Shown piece after piece: positions 1 to 8,847 of a stretch of DNA of 64,000 bases (positions within the stretch are counted from its first letter, which is position 1; each line of letters opens with the position of its first letter). The notes below the pieces were generated by a model. The model saw only the letters and a program-made list of their open reading frames with translations. It searched no databases and had not been told where the DNA came from. Both the position numbers and the translations under genes were made by a program. The DNA is from Candidatus Defluviilinea proxima (GTDB taxonomy: Bacteria; Chloroflexota; Anaerolineae; Anaerolineales; Villigracilaceae): NCBI GenBank assembly GCA_016721115.1, contig JADKIW010000001.1:3506200-3570199 (forward strand), written 5' to 3'.

Positions 1-962
1 GGCATGGGGGTATGCAAGACGCGTTTGGCAATGTTGGCGATCCTTTGGGAGGAGATGCCGTTGTTTTGGATGGGCATCAGGCGGTTCAACTCTTCAAGGT
101 CGAGATTGGTGAATACTTCCTTGCCGAGCGCCACCGCCACAAACGTGCAAGTGGACTGTTGCGTGATGACCGTGGATGCATTCGCGATCATGTGGTTGAC
201 ATTGCCGCTTGTGAATACCTGTGCGCCGGGGGCGTGTCTCTTGATCTCGTTACGGGCACGCCGCGGATTTTCGGTGGGATGTAACTTAAAGATCAATGGC
301 CGTCCCTTTGCGATCTCGACACAGCGTCCGATAAAAGCGACCCGGTCATCGCGCCGAAAAGTTTCCCGCAGTGGCGAAGTGGCAACCAAAACGTAGTCAT
401 GATGCGGGAAGTCGTTATCCATATTTTTTTGCAGGTTGTCGAAGTTGGGTATCCCTGTCACCGCGAGTTTTTCGGGGCGCACACCCTTGCGGATGAAGTG
501 TTTTGCATATCCCTCCGATGCAACACAGAAAATATCGTATGCGTCTGATAGCCCGCTGGTGGATGTGTTGGCGATGTAGCGTGGTAGTTTCAGCCATCTC
601 ACCATCCAGTAGACCCAGGTCTCTGGCTCGGTGATTCCTTCCTGAACAAGCACAACTCGTTTCCCGCGGATATTCCGTTGCACGATCAGGTCGCTGGAGG
701 TGACGATGAGATCGTAATTATGTTTTTCGCCTCGATGATCCACTTGCAGGGAGTTTCGCGTAAGGTACTCGGCCGTCTCGCGCATGTGGCGTCCGCCTAG
801 GACTGTGAAGTTCAACAACCCGGTGCGGCTGGCGAGGTGCTCAATGCCGTCGGCATAATAGGGGGTGAAATAACAATCATATTCACCCATGTGTTGTGCG
901 ATCTTGTGCATCATCGTCGTCTGGTTAAGCGAGCCGCCGATGAACAATACCTTTTCTGCCAT
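1..962 (-). CDS. GT-B-fold glycosyltransferase-like protein; C-terminus cut by the window edge
   Basis: Absent from the ORF track because it has no stop in the window. Manual reverse translation from the ATG at 960-962 gives MAEKVLFIGGSLNQTTMMHKIAQHMGEYDCYF... The frame stays open to base 3 (...NNGISSQRIANIAKRVLHTP). The family call is by general resemblance only. Confidence 0.4.
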   Translation of the reverse strand, partial: MAEKVLFIGGSLNQTTMMHKIAQHMGEYDCYFTPYYADGIEHLASRTGLLNFTVLGGRHMRETAEYLTRNSLQVDHRGEKHNYDLIVTSSDLIVQRNIRGKRVVLVQEGITEPETWVYWMVRWLKLPRYIANTSTSGLSDAYDIFCVASEGYAKHFIRKGVRPEKLAVTGIPNFDNLQKNMDNDFPHHDYVLVATSPLRETFRRDDRVAFIGRCVEIAKGRPLIFKLHPTENPRRARNEIKRHAPGAQVFTSGNVNHMIANASTVITQQSTCTFVAVALGKEVFTNLDLEELNRLMPIQNNGISSQRIANIAKRVLHTPM

Positions 963-1273
963 ATCACCTCTTTGCTTTCAAATTCTACTGAAAGCTGGTT
1001 AATGGCAATGCAACAGATTGTTAAGGGTTATTAAAGGATTGGGAAATGGGGAGAATGATGAAGTTTATGCACGATGTTCAATACATTGTGCATTATCGTT
1101 TGAGTTAGGATTTTGATTTGGGTAGGTGGGTGAATTACGATAAAAAGCACAAACAGTTGGTGTAGAGATTTATTCATCTTAAGGCTATTACTTTTTGTAA
1201 TTCTAATTATTGTTTTGGTAGCGTTAATCTCTTATCTCGGCCGCTATTAACGGCTTACTCTTTTGTGTTTTGT

Positions 1274-1308
1274 ATGCTACTTCTAGTGTGTAGACTTAAA
1301 AGTAGCAT
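1274..1308. promoter_or_regulatory. C-box-like operator upstream of the controller gene
   Basis: Perfect 9-bp inverted repeat ATGCTACTT (1274-1282) / AAGTAGCAT (1300-1308). It encloses two ACT-N3/4-AGT boxes (ACTTCTAGT 1279-1287, ACTTAAAAGT 1294-1303). It lies about 60 nt upstream of the C gene ATG. Confidence 0.5.
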
Positions 1309-1369
1309 TGCTGGTAATTTATAAACACAATTTTCTCTCCAATGTTATTTCGTACTCTTAGGTGAATAT

Positions 1370-1564
1370 ATGAGCGAATCAAGTACAGAATTACGGAAAA
1401 TACTCGCTAGAAATGTGCGGGCACTCCGATTACAGAAAAAAATTTCGCAAGAGCAACTTGCGGATATTTGCAAACTTCATCGAACCTATATTGGTTCAGT
1501 TGAGCGAATGGAGAGAAATGTAACTATAGGTACTTTGATAAAGTTTGCAAATGCCTTAACGTGA
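1370..1564 (+). CDS. XRE-family HTH controller (C) protein of an R-M system
   Basis: 64 aa, ...LRLQKKISQEQLADICKLHRTYIGSVERMERNVTIGTLIKFANALT. This is a typical C-protein/XRE HTH. The C-terminal helix appears to continue in another frame (VTVIDLLTKRENI, ending in TAA at 1600-1602). Confidence 0.75.
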   Translation: MSESSTELRKILARNVRALRLQKKISQEQLADICKLHRTYIGSVERMERNVTIGTLIKFANALT

Positions 1565-1723
1565 CAGTTATCGATTTGTTGACCAAAAGAGAGAACATAT
1601 AATGAGCCATTATGAATCATCCATTAATTACCCTAAAATAATCTCAGAAAGAAACTCTCAATATACGACTCACTGGAAGGAAAGAATCAGGATTTATGGA
1701 TACCGACACCTGATCTTGAACGA

Positions 1724-2650
1724 TTGTTAAATAAAGGGTTATCCGCTTTTTCTATAAGTGGATTGCCACTTCGAACTAGGTCAAAAATCATTAAGCAAAA
1801 AATTTGTGAGATTTTGGGTTACCCAATACCTGAAACATTCCAAAGAACTCAGCCTAGATTTTTTGGACAATTATTTGATACGTATATCCAAAAATCTAAT
1901 AATCTCCAAATTTGGAATGAAGATATATCCCTTTCTCGCCGCTATGTGATTATTCAAATTTCCACAGATGATATTGTTCAAAAGGTAAGAGTCGTTACAG
2001 GCGAACTTCTTTCTAGTTTGGATAAAACAGGAGTTTTTACGCAAAAATACCAAGCTCGTCTTTCTCCTGGGGATTCAGTTTTAGAATTAGTGACGCCCGA
2101 TGACACAGATCGATTGAGATTATTGTTCAAGAACGATTCTTACCCCAATTCGTTTACATCAAGCCCTGCGCAAAACCCATCCGTGAAATCGCTACTCCCA
2201 ATTCAAGTTATTTTTGAAAGGCTTAAAAACCTTGTTGGGCGACGTTTTCATAATAGAGGACACGATCAAGAGCGAAATAGAGGAGAGCAATTACATCGGC
2301 TAGTTTGCGATGCCCTTGGATACAATAATTTTTCAGATGATGGGCAGTTTCCCGATATTCGCCATCAATTGCTTGAAATAAAATTGCAAACTTCGCCAAC
2401 CATTGATCTTGGACTTGTTTGTCCCAATAGTACAGACTTTCTTGATATTCCAGATATTGAAGGTATTAATGTGCGCCATTGTGATGTGCGATATGCGCTT
2501 TTTTATGCAACACTAAATGGAGAATTTATTACTATAACGCACTTCTTTCTTTCTACTGGGGAATCTTTTTTTAGTAGATTTCCACAATTCGGAGGAAAGG
2601 TTGTAAATAAGAAACTGCAAATTCCGTTACCTAAAGACTTTTTTGATTGA
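1724..2650 (+). CDS. PD-(D/E)XK nuclease, putative type II restriction endonuclease (MutH/Sau3AI-like core)
   Basis: Contains ...RGEQLHRLVCDALGY...FPDIRHQLLEIKLQ, which matches the PD...ExK motif. It is convergent with and overlaps the methyltransferase by 20 nt. Only a TTG start is available. A better-placed ATG at 1602 lies in another frame. Confidence 0.55.
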   Translation: MLNKGLSAFSISGLPLRTRSKIIKQKICEILGYPIPETFQRTQPRFFGQLFDTYIQKSNNLQIWNEDISLSRRYVIIQISTDDIVQKVRVVTGELLSSLDKTGVFTQKYQARLSPGDSVLELVTPDDTDRLRLLFKNDSYPNSFTSSPAQNPSVKSLLPIQVIFERLKNLVGRRFHNRGHDQERNRGEQLHRLVCDALGYNNFSDDGQFPDIRHQLLEIKLQTSPTIDLGLVCPNSTDFLDIPDIEGINVRHCDVRYALFYATLNGEFITITHFFLSTGESFFSRFPQFGGKVVNKKLQIPLPKDFFD

Positions 2651-4334
2651 AGCCAAAAGCTTGCCATACAAGCTGATCTAGTGCTTCGTCTAATTCGTCG
2701 ACTTTGTCTGTTTGTACTAAATCATAGATTTGTTTTGTTGCCTGGATGATCTGTTTAGCTAATGGAGTGTTTGGATCTGGCAAGGGAAATTCTTTTACAT
2801 ATTGCGCGTTATAACGTCGCCTGCCTGCATATAACTTATTATGGAAACGGTGATCGTAGAAAGCTTCGGCGAGGGTGGAGTTTGCAACTGCAAGCATGAG
2901 CCATAATAGCTCAATTTGTTGTGGGTTTTTGCATGTTATCCAGTAACAATCACCATTAATAACTGACTTACTTAAATCCATCCAAAAGGTTGGCTTTTCA
3001 GAAATATCGCGCATTACAATTTTCGGTATATCCCATGCGCTGGGGTCTTGTGGAACCCATATTTCATACCAGAGCCTTCCACTATCTATTAGGTAAGACC
3101 TTGCCTCTAAGGTATTTCGAAATTTTTCAAGGTATTGAGATGTTTTTGGGTAATTATCTAAATTTGCAACCCCCCGTTTACCCTGAATAATCATATGCGG
3201 ATAAAGAATTTCTCTCTGCTCCGACGAATCTGTTGCCCTATACCTCCTAGCTATATGATGCGTTACTAAGGGTCTTAATAATTCAGGTCGTTCATTCTCT
3301 GGAAGCTCATTCCAGTCAGTTCTAATAAACACTTTATCTGCAGTCGTTTTAACTCCTACCTTAATGTCGCCAACTTCATCGAAAGAATATGCAGTATTAG
3401 CTTTCACTGTGGAGAGCCAATCCTCAGACTTTTTATTCGCAATGCGCCAGACGTTTTTGGTTTTCTGCCCGTATTCTAGTTCGCCTTGCCTGACTAGATA
3501 AATATTTCCGTCATGTGTACTAATTATTCCTTCCATATCAAGTGCTGATATAGCGTTATCTACAAATTTGGTGGGATTGCCTTGAGTTGTATATATGGAA
3601 GTAAAACTTGCTTTTTGAATAAGGCTGTTTTCGCCTTTTTTCCTCAAAAGCAATACGGCAGGTAGGACTGCGGCTTCAAAAAGCCGAGTATCGCCTAAGT
3701 CCCAAATGTCTAGTACATCAAAGTCATCAAGAATATTTTCACGTATACTTGCTCCAGACTTAGTACTTAATAACTTATTAGAAATAATGATGCCCGCTAT
3801 TCCATTTGGTTGCAACACATGAGATATTCCCTGAATAAAGGCATGATATAGGTCAACACGCCCAGTTAAATTAAATTGCTTAGAAAGCTCTCTGGACTTT
3901 TTGCCACCCATTATTTGGGTTCTAACGTATGGGGGATTGGCAATAACTATATCAAACCGCTCGAAATTGTTGTCGTCAAATAAACCTAGCTGTTTCTTGT
4001 TTTTGAATGCAAATTCAAGGAAATCTTCGTTTCTTAGGGCTAATGGAATACGTGGGAATTCGCTTGAAATACGTTGATGTGCAAACAAAATTGCACTTTT
4101 ATCAGTATCAAATCCTGTTATTTTTTTGTTGTTTATTTGATTGCTGGATAAAACATTTAGAAGAGAACATAATAATTCGCCATTCCCGACTGCTGGATCC
4201 ATCACATGAATACAACGTTCCTGAAAGTTGGTTGGTATTACTTTATAAATTTTATCTGCAACAAAATCAGACAACGTTTTAGGTGTGTAATGAACACCAT
4301 TTTCTTTTTTTTCATCTACAGCAGAATATCTCAT
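2631..4334 (-). CDS. N6-adenine DNA methyltransferase, gamma class (Eco57I/TaqI-like)
   Basis: 567 aa. Motif I is VMDPAVGNGELL and motif IV is IANPPYV. A large C-terminal target-recognition region follows. Confidence 0.85.
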   Translation of the reverse strand: MRYSAVDEKKENGVHYTPKTLSDFVADKIYKVIPTNFQERCIHVMDPAVGNGELLCSLLNVLSSNQINNKKITGFDTDKSAILFAHQRISSEFPRIPLALRNEDFLEFAFKNKKQLGLFDDNNFERFDIVIANPPYVRTQIMGGKKSRELSKQFNLTGRVDLYHAFIQGISHVLQPNGIAGIIISNKLLSTKSGASIRENILDDFDVLDIWDLGDTRLFEAAVLPAVLLLRKKGENSLIQKASFTSIYTTQGNPTKFVDNAISALDMEGIISTHDGNIYLVRQGELEYGQKTKNVWRIANKKSEDWLSTVKANTAYSFDEVGDIKVGVKTTADKVFIRTDWNELPENERPELLRPLVTHHIARRYRATDSSEQREILYPHMIIQGKRGVANLDNYPKTSQYLEKFRNTLEARSYLIDSGRLWYEIWVPQDPSAWDIPKIVMRDISEKPTFWMDLSKSVINGDCYWITCKNPQQIELLWLMLAVANSTLAEAFYDHRFHNKLYAGRRRYNAQYVKEFPLPDPNTPLAKQIIQATKQIYDLVQTDKVDELDEALDQLVWQAFGFNQKSL

Positions 4335-4499
4335 AATTATAAATATCTCTTGGACATTAGATTGTTTAGAAGATGGTACTTATAGTCATCATTTTTGTCA
4401 ATCCCCAATAACAATTCCTGTATTTTCAATACTTGTTTTTGGTGTAACAAGATAACTATAATTTACACCAGTTAGACTACCGATTGTAAATTCTTGACT

Positions 4500-4582
4500 T
4501 TACCCATCCGCCAGCACATGCCTCACAATGACCAGCCTCTGAATCTCGCTTGTCCCTTCGCATCGCGATAGATCCTCTCAAC
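4500..4582 (-). pseudogene. Relic of the 3' end of an acyl-CoA dehydrogenase gene
   Basis: The reverse strand reads VERIYRDAK, then after a frame break GTSEIQRLVIVRHVLADG and a stop. This is the conserved ACAD C-terminal signature with the middle (..IYE..) deleted. Confidence 0.5.
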
Positions 4583-5995
4583 TTACTCCAACGTGAAAGA
4601 ACACAGACTTGCTATCCCTTCGCCTGCGAACACAAAATACAATGCCGTGATCCCGTCGGGGATTTTGATGTCCGCAGAATACTCCGTCCAGATATTCGTG
4701 AACACAACAGGTATGGTCCCCAAAACATCTCCGTCCCATGATGCTTTCACTTGAAAGTCACCTTTGCAATATCCACGTACTTTGATCGTCACTTTGCTGA
4801 CTTCCTGACAATCAAAATACTTGAAGCCTGCAACGGCGGAATTCATCATATTCGCGATGTAACCAATCTCTTCATCGCCATCTTTCCCGTCTTGCGTGAT
4901 CTTGGGGTAGTGGTTGTCCATCCATGCGCTGTGGGATGTGTACACCGCCTCATCCTTACAGAAAAGGTTGCATGCCAGATACGCTGGATATTCTCCTCGC
5001 CCGATCAGCGGACCACGATTGAGGCCGCAAGAGGTCATCTCCACTTGGGGAATTAAGCCATCCTCCTGAACCTGCAGACGTTCGATACAGCCTTGCCTGC
5101 TGAAGCTTGTCCCGTTGGTGTGACGATGATAGAAAATGTACCATTCTCCATGGATCTCCACGATACTGCCGTGATTGTTCCCTCCGTAATACATTGGTTT
5201 CTCTGCAGGCTTGTAGGAATCGATGTGGAGGTCGTTGTTGCTCACCAACACTCCCTGATATTGAAAGTCTTTGGTAGGGTACTTGCTGGTTGCGTAGCAC
5301 AACTCGTGCATCACGATGGAAGAATAGACAAAATAGTATGTGTCCCCTCGCTTGCGGATGGATGACGCCTCAAAAAACTCATGCCTCTCAAAGCCTGAAC
5401 CCTTGCTGTAAGGTTGACTGGGCGCAACGAACACCGGCTCTTCCATGACCGTTAGCATGTCCGGGCCTAGAACTGTTGCCATCGCTCCGTTTCGGGTCTT
5501 ATCTCCGGGCAGGCAGAATCCTGTGTACAGATAAGTTTTATCGCCCTCTGTGAGAACGCCTGGATCAAATTGGGGCTGATCGCCCGGTCGTTTTCCAAGG
5601 TGTGTTCCGTCCGCGTAGTGTACGTAGCCGAGAAAGTTGTATTGCCCGGCGGGTGTGTCACAAACGGCGACTGAGACGATGGACACCTTATCGAGAACAT
5701 AATACAAGTAGTAGCGTCCGTCTGGCCCTTGTGTCACATCGGGTGCATACAGACACATCCTGCCATCCGGGTTTAAGGGATCATCGGTCTTTTTGTAGAT
5801 CACGCCTTCATATCGCCAGTCCCCAAGGTCGGTGACCGGAGCCGACCAGCATACATAATCGTTCAAACAAAACACATGACCATTAAAGCGGTCGTGTGAT
5901 CCGTATACATAAACCCTGTCGTTGAAAACATATGGCTCCCCATCTGGAATGTATTCCCATGAAGGAAGGTATGGGTTGAATCCTTGCTTTTTCAT
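4583..5995 (-). CDS. Glycoside hydrolase family 43 (beta-xylosidase/alpha-L-arabinofuranosidase-like); no signal peptide
   Basis: 470 aa, MKKQGFNPYLPSWEYIPDGEPYVFNDRVYVYGSHD... This is a GH43 five-bladed propeller signature. A C-terminal beta-sandwich follows. Confidence 0.8.
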   Translation of the reverse strand: MKKQGFNPYLPSWEYIPDGEPYVFNDRVYVYGSHDRFNGHVFCLNDYVCWSAPVTDLGDWRYEGVIYKKTDDPLNPDGRMCLYAPDVTQGPDGRYYLYYVLDKVSIVSVAVCDTPAGQYNFLGYVHYADGTHLGKRPGDQPQFDPGVLTEGDKTYLYTGFCLPGDKTRNGAMATVLGPDMLTVMEEPVFVAPSQPYSKGSGFERHEFFEASSIRKRGDTYYFVYSSIVMHELCYATSKYPTKDFQYQGVLVSNNDLHIDSYKPAEKPMYYGGNNHGSIVEIHGEWYIFYHRHTNGTSFSRQGCIERLQVQEDGLIPQVEMTSCGLNRGPLIGRGEYPAYLACNLFCKDEAVYTSHSAWMDNHYPKITQDGKDGDEEIGYIANMMNSAVAGFKYFDCQEVSKVTIKVRGYCKGDFQVKASWDGDVLGTIPVVFTNIWTEYSADIKIPDGITALYFVFAGEGIASLCSFTLE

Positions 5996-6048
5996 GCTTA
6001 TCGATAAACTCCTTCTATTCTGTTGTCTTTGGGGATTCTCATTATTAA

Positions 6049-6465
6049 CTATATTGTGAACAGACGTAATGAACCATCTTCTTTTTGCTCAATGCGTAGT
6101 TTCTGTAAGGAAGAAACAGCGGGTCCTCTCAAAGCTTTGCCGGTCATATCGAATCGTGAGCCATGGCATGGACATTCAAAGCCGAAGTTGCTGGGTTCAG
6201 TGGTGCACCCAAGATGCGTGCATGTGAGACTGATCGCTTGAAGGCCGTTGTCGTCATGGATGACCACGGCTGGAATATAAGCAAGGACAGTACGGCTATT
6301 ATAGGGGAAATCAGACACCTTTCCAATTTCGAATTCGGTTTGTGATGGCTTATCGAATTGATAACTCAGAAATCGGATCAAACCTCCGATGCCCAGTGCG
6401 CCTGCCACTGCGAGCAATGAGTTGGTGGAGAGTTTGAGAAAATCGCGGCGGGATGTTTGTTTCAT
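6049..6465 (-). CDS. Rieske 2Fe-2S subunit of a cytochrome bc-type complex, with a Tat signal
   Basis: The start was moved to the internal Met (MKQTSRRDFLK, a twin-arginine motif). Cluster-binding boxes are CTHLGC and CPCHGS. ATGA overlap with the upstream gene at 6462-6465. Confidence 0.85.
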   Translation of the reverse strand: MKQTSRRDFLKLSTNSLLAVAGALGIGGLIRFLSYQFDKPSQTEFEIGKVSDFPYNSRTVLAYIPAVVIHDDNGLQAISLTCTHLGCTTEPSNFGFECPCHGSRFDMTGKALRGPAVSSLQKLRIEQKEDGSLRLFTI

Positions 6466-8249
6466 GGGGAACCTGTTGGAAAAGATGCAAGGATGGTGAG
6501 TGCGGTGATGGTGAGCGCCAGAACGATGATGATGACTTGTGAAACGCGGTTGCCTCGTGGGAACCATTTGCCAAGCTCATGGTCGCCAGCCTCTCGGAGC
6601 ACATAAGGGATGAGCGACATCAAGATCAATGTCAGCACCGGCACGGCGACACCCCAAAGGAAAGGGTCGCCATATTTGAGAAGCTCTTGTACCCACAGGA
6701 AGAACCATGGTGCGCGGGCATCGTGAACTTCGGTTGCGTATGTCATGGGGCGTGCAATAGGCGCAGGGAAGATGATCGATAACAGAATCAGAATAACGCT
6801 TGAAATGAGCATGATGCGCACTTCGCGTCGGACAAGTTCGAAGCGTGAAATGCGGATGCTATCTTCTCGTTGTATTGGAGGCGGCACAGCGATCCCGCCA
6901 TCGCGGCGTACGCGGAAGATGTGCCACACCACGAGAAAGATCAACGCGAGCATGAGCACAAAGATATGCCAAGTGTAAAAGCGCTCAAGGGTTGATAAGC
7001 CGGGTTGCCCGCCACCAATGACGAGTTGATACAACGCTCCGCCGATCCATGGAACGGTCTTGAGCAGGTTTGTACCCACGGTCAATGCCCAGCGGATGCC
7101 CTCGTCCCAGCGCAGGACGTAGCCGGTGAAATCCAATAACAAGATCAATACTAACATTCCCATGCCGATCAAATAATTGAACCGACGATGGCGGGCGTAT
7201 GCCCCAGTCAACACAACGCGTAAAAGATGGACCGATGCCACGATCACGAGCGCCTGTGCTGACCAGTAATGCAAGTTGCGGATCAATGCTCCGAATGGGA
7301 CGAGTGATGTGATCGTCTCAACAGAAACTGCGGCATGTTCCGGTACAGGGATGTAATAGAACATCTCCAGGATACCGGTCACAAGAAGGATCAAACATAA
7401 GAAGACGGCCATTCCACCTGCGCCAAGGGTGTAGCGAAAGCGTGCTTGCAGAGCAGGGATGGTCGGAGCGTGCAAGTGATGGAAGAAGTTCGGTCTCTCG
7501 TGTGTAGGCTTGGGATCTGTTGCATCCACATTCTTTTTTTGTAGGATGCTTTTTCTGATATCTTGTGCCAGCATGCCGATTGCTGCAAGCCCAAGGATCC
7601 CAGCGAACACGAACAAAGCCGGGCGGTCGTTAATTGGCTGTGGCACGGCGTATTGGGTCATGATCGCCGATGCATTAGTATCGTTGAGTATAAAATCATC
7701 AGGCAATGTGCCGTGCATATCAAGAATGTATGCAGTGGCCTGCCATGCTTGTTCGTCGGTCAGTTGACCGGGGTCCCACCACGGCATGCTGGCAAGAACG
7801 TAATCATGTAGCTCTTGTGCGTTTTTGAAACGTGCCAAACTGCCCGGCCCCGCGACCGATGGAATGATCTTGTCTCTTGGAATTGCAAACCCCTGCGGTG
7901 GGACGTGTGATCCGTGACAACCGGACTTCCAGCAGTTGCGGTCTTCGCCGAAAGCCTCTCTCCACTCGTCGGTCAACCCCTGACCGTGGTCACCATGACA
8001 CGCCATGCACACGCCCCAATATTTGAGCGAGCCAGCCTCTAATTGATTTGGCGTTTCTGATGTAACGTTTGGCTTGTCCAGGCGCTTGGGGTCAAAGGTT
8101 GGTGTGGGTTGTAAGGTGGGTGCGGCAGTGAATTGTAGATTATGTGACGCCTCTACTGTGGATGATGAAAGCAAGGTTGCTGTTATTGCTAGAACGATAA
8201 CAGATACAGCCAACAAAGTACGGACGATAGAAATGCGATGCTCAGACAT
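6462..8249 (-). CDS. Cytochrome c - cytochrome b/b6 - subunit IV-like fusion (bc complex)
   Basis: 595 aa. N-terminal anchor, then CMACH (CXXCH, 7995-8009) and CWKSGCH (CX4CH, 7914-7934). Cytochrome b helices follow (...LHYWSAQALVIVASVHLLRV..., ...FYTWHIFVLM...) and extra C-terminal TM helices. Confidence 0.85.
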   Translation of the reverse strand: MSEHRISIVRTLLAVSVIVLAITATLLSSSTVEASHNLQFTAAPTLQPTPTFDPKRLDKPNVTSETPNQLEAGSLKYWGVCMACHGDHGQGLTDEWREAFGEDRNCWKSGCHGSHVPPQGFAIPRDKIIPSVAGPGSLARFKNAQELHDYVLASMPWWDPGQLTDEQAWQATAYILDMHGTLPDDFILNDTNASAIMTQYAVPQPINDRPALFVFAGILGLAAIGMLAQDIRKSILQKKNVDATDPKPTHERPNFFHHLHAPTIPALQARFRYTLGAGGMAVFLCLILLVTGILEMFYYIPVPEHAAVSVETITSLVPFGALIRNLHYWSAQALVIVASVHLLRVVLTGAYARHRRFNYLIGMGMLVLILLLDFTGYVLRWDEGIRWALTVGTNLLKTVPWIGGALYQLVIGGGQPGLSTLERFYTWHIFVLMLALIFLVVWHIFRVRRDGGIAVPPPIQREDSIRISRFELVRREVRIMLISSVILILLSIIFPAPIARPMTYATEVHDARAPWFFLWVQELLKYGDPFLWGVAVPVLTLILMSLIPYVLREAGDHELGKWFPRGNRVSQVIIIVLALTITALTILASFPTGSP

Positions 8250-8264
8250 TAGGCTACGTGTATC

Positions 8265-8603
8265 TTATAAGGTTATGACTTTATCAGCTTTTGTTTGGGC
8301 TTCGATGATATCGCCCATGCCGCCTACGATGCCAACTTTTACTTTTTCAGTGATGTCATAGTAGTTCAAGCAAGTAGAGCAGACGATCAGTCGCACGCCC
8401 TTTTGCTCAAGATTGCGCAACTGCTCGATCACAGGTGAACCTTCGCAGACAAGCCTTACACCCAACGTGTAAAAGCATAACGCGGCAGGCAGGCTGTCGT
8501 TTTGTAGAAGCAATTCAAAATACTTTGCCATCAATGTGTGTTGTAGCTTTTCGTCTGCACTCCCCATGCCGTTGTTAGTGATCAAGATAACAGTGTTTTT
8601 CAT
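8265..8603 (-). CDS. DsrE-fold protein resembling the C-terminal domain of YedF (sulfur/selenium trafficking)
   Basis: 112 aa, VILITNNGMGSADEKL...GVRLIVCSTCLNYYD...GIVGGMGDIIE. This matches my memory of the DsrE/YedF-C pattern. There is no TusA/SirA domain. Confidence 0.6.
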   Translation of the reverse strand: MKNTVILITNNGMGSADEKLQHTLMAKYFELLLQNDSLPAALCFYTLGVRLVCEGSPVIEQLRNLEQKGVRLIVCSTCLNYYDITEKVKVGIVGGMGDIIEAQTKADKVITL

Positions 8604-8605
8604 TT

Positions 8606-8845
8606 TTATTCCGTTGCGTTGTTATATTCCTCGAGAAGTTGTTGAGCAGATTGTAAGACTTCATTTGGAACAAAAATCTGCACCAATCCCAACATATCGA
8701 GTGTTGTCGGGTAGATATTTTGCCCCAAGGCTTCTTGGAACAATTCCACATCTTCGATACCGTTTCCCATGAGGAATGCTTTGAGAACATCGGCCTCTGC
8801 GCGTCCATATACTTCGGTGAGCAGGCTCCATTTAAGTTCGTCCAT
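8606..8845 (-). CDS. Small DUF2007-like protein
   Basis: The start was trimmed to MDELKW, with a GGAGG RBS 5 nt upstream. It lies 2 nt after the stop of the preceding gene. 79 aa. Confidence 0.45.
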   Translation of the reverse strand: MDELKWSLLTEVYGRAEADVLKAFLMGNGIEDVELFQEALGQNIYPTTLDMLGLVQIFVPNEVLQSAQQLLEEYNNATE

Positions 8846-8847
8846 AT

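Noticed and set aside
4-396. Track ORFs 4-396 (+) and 12-284 (+)
   Set aside because: Both lie antisense to a longer open frame (1-962, minus strand) that has a sensible ATG, a Rossmann-like N-terminus and glycosyltransferase-like sequence. The plus-strand translations are Arg/Cys-rich and look non-biological.
6466-6567. His-rich N-terminal extension (HHHRSGAHHHRTHH) of the Rieske ORF
   Set aside because: It overlaps the 3' end of the cytochrome b gene in another frame. The Tat signal (RRDFLK) begins right after the internal Met at 6465, which forms an ATGA overlap with the upstream stop.
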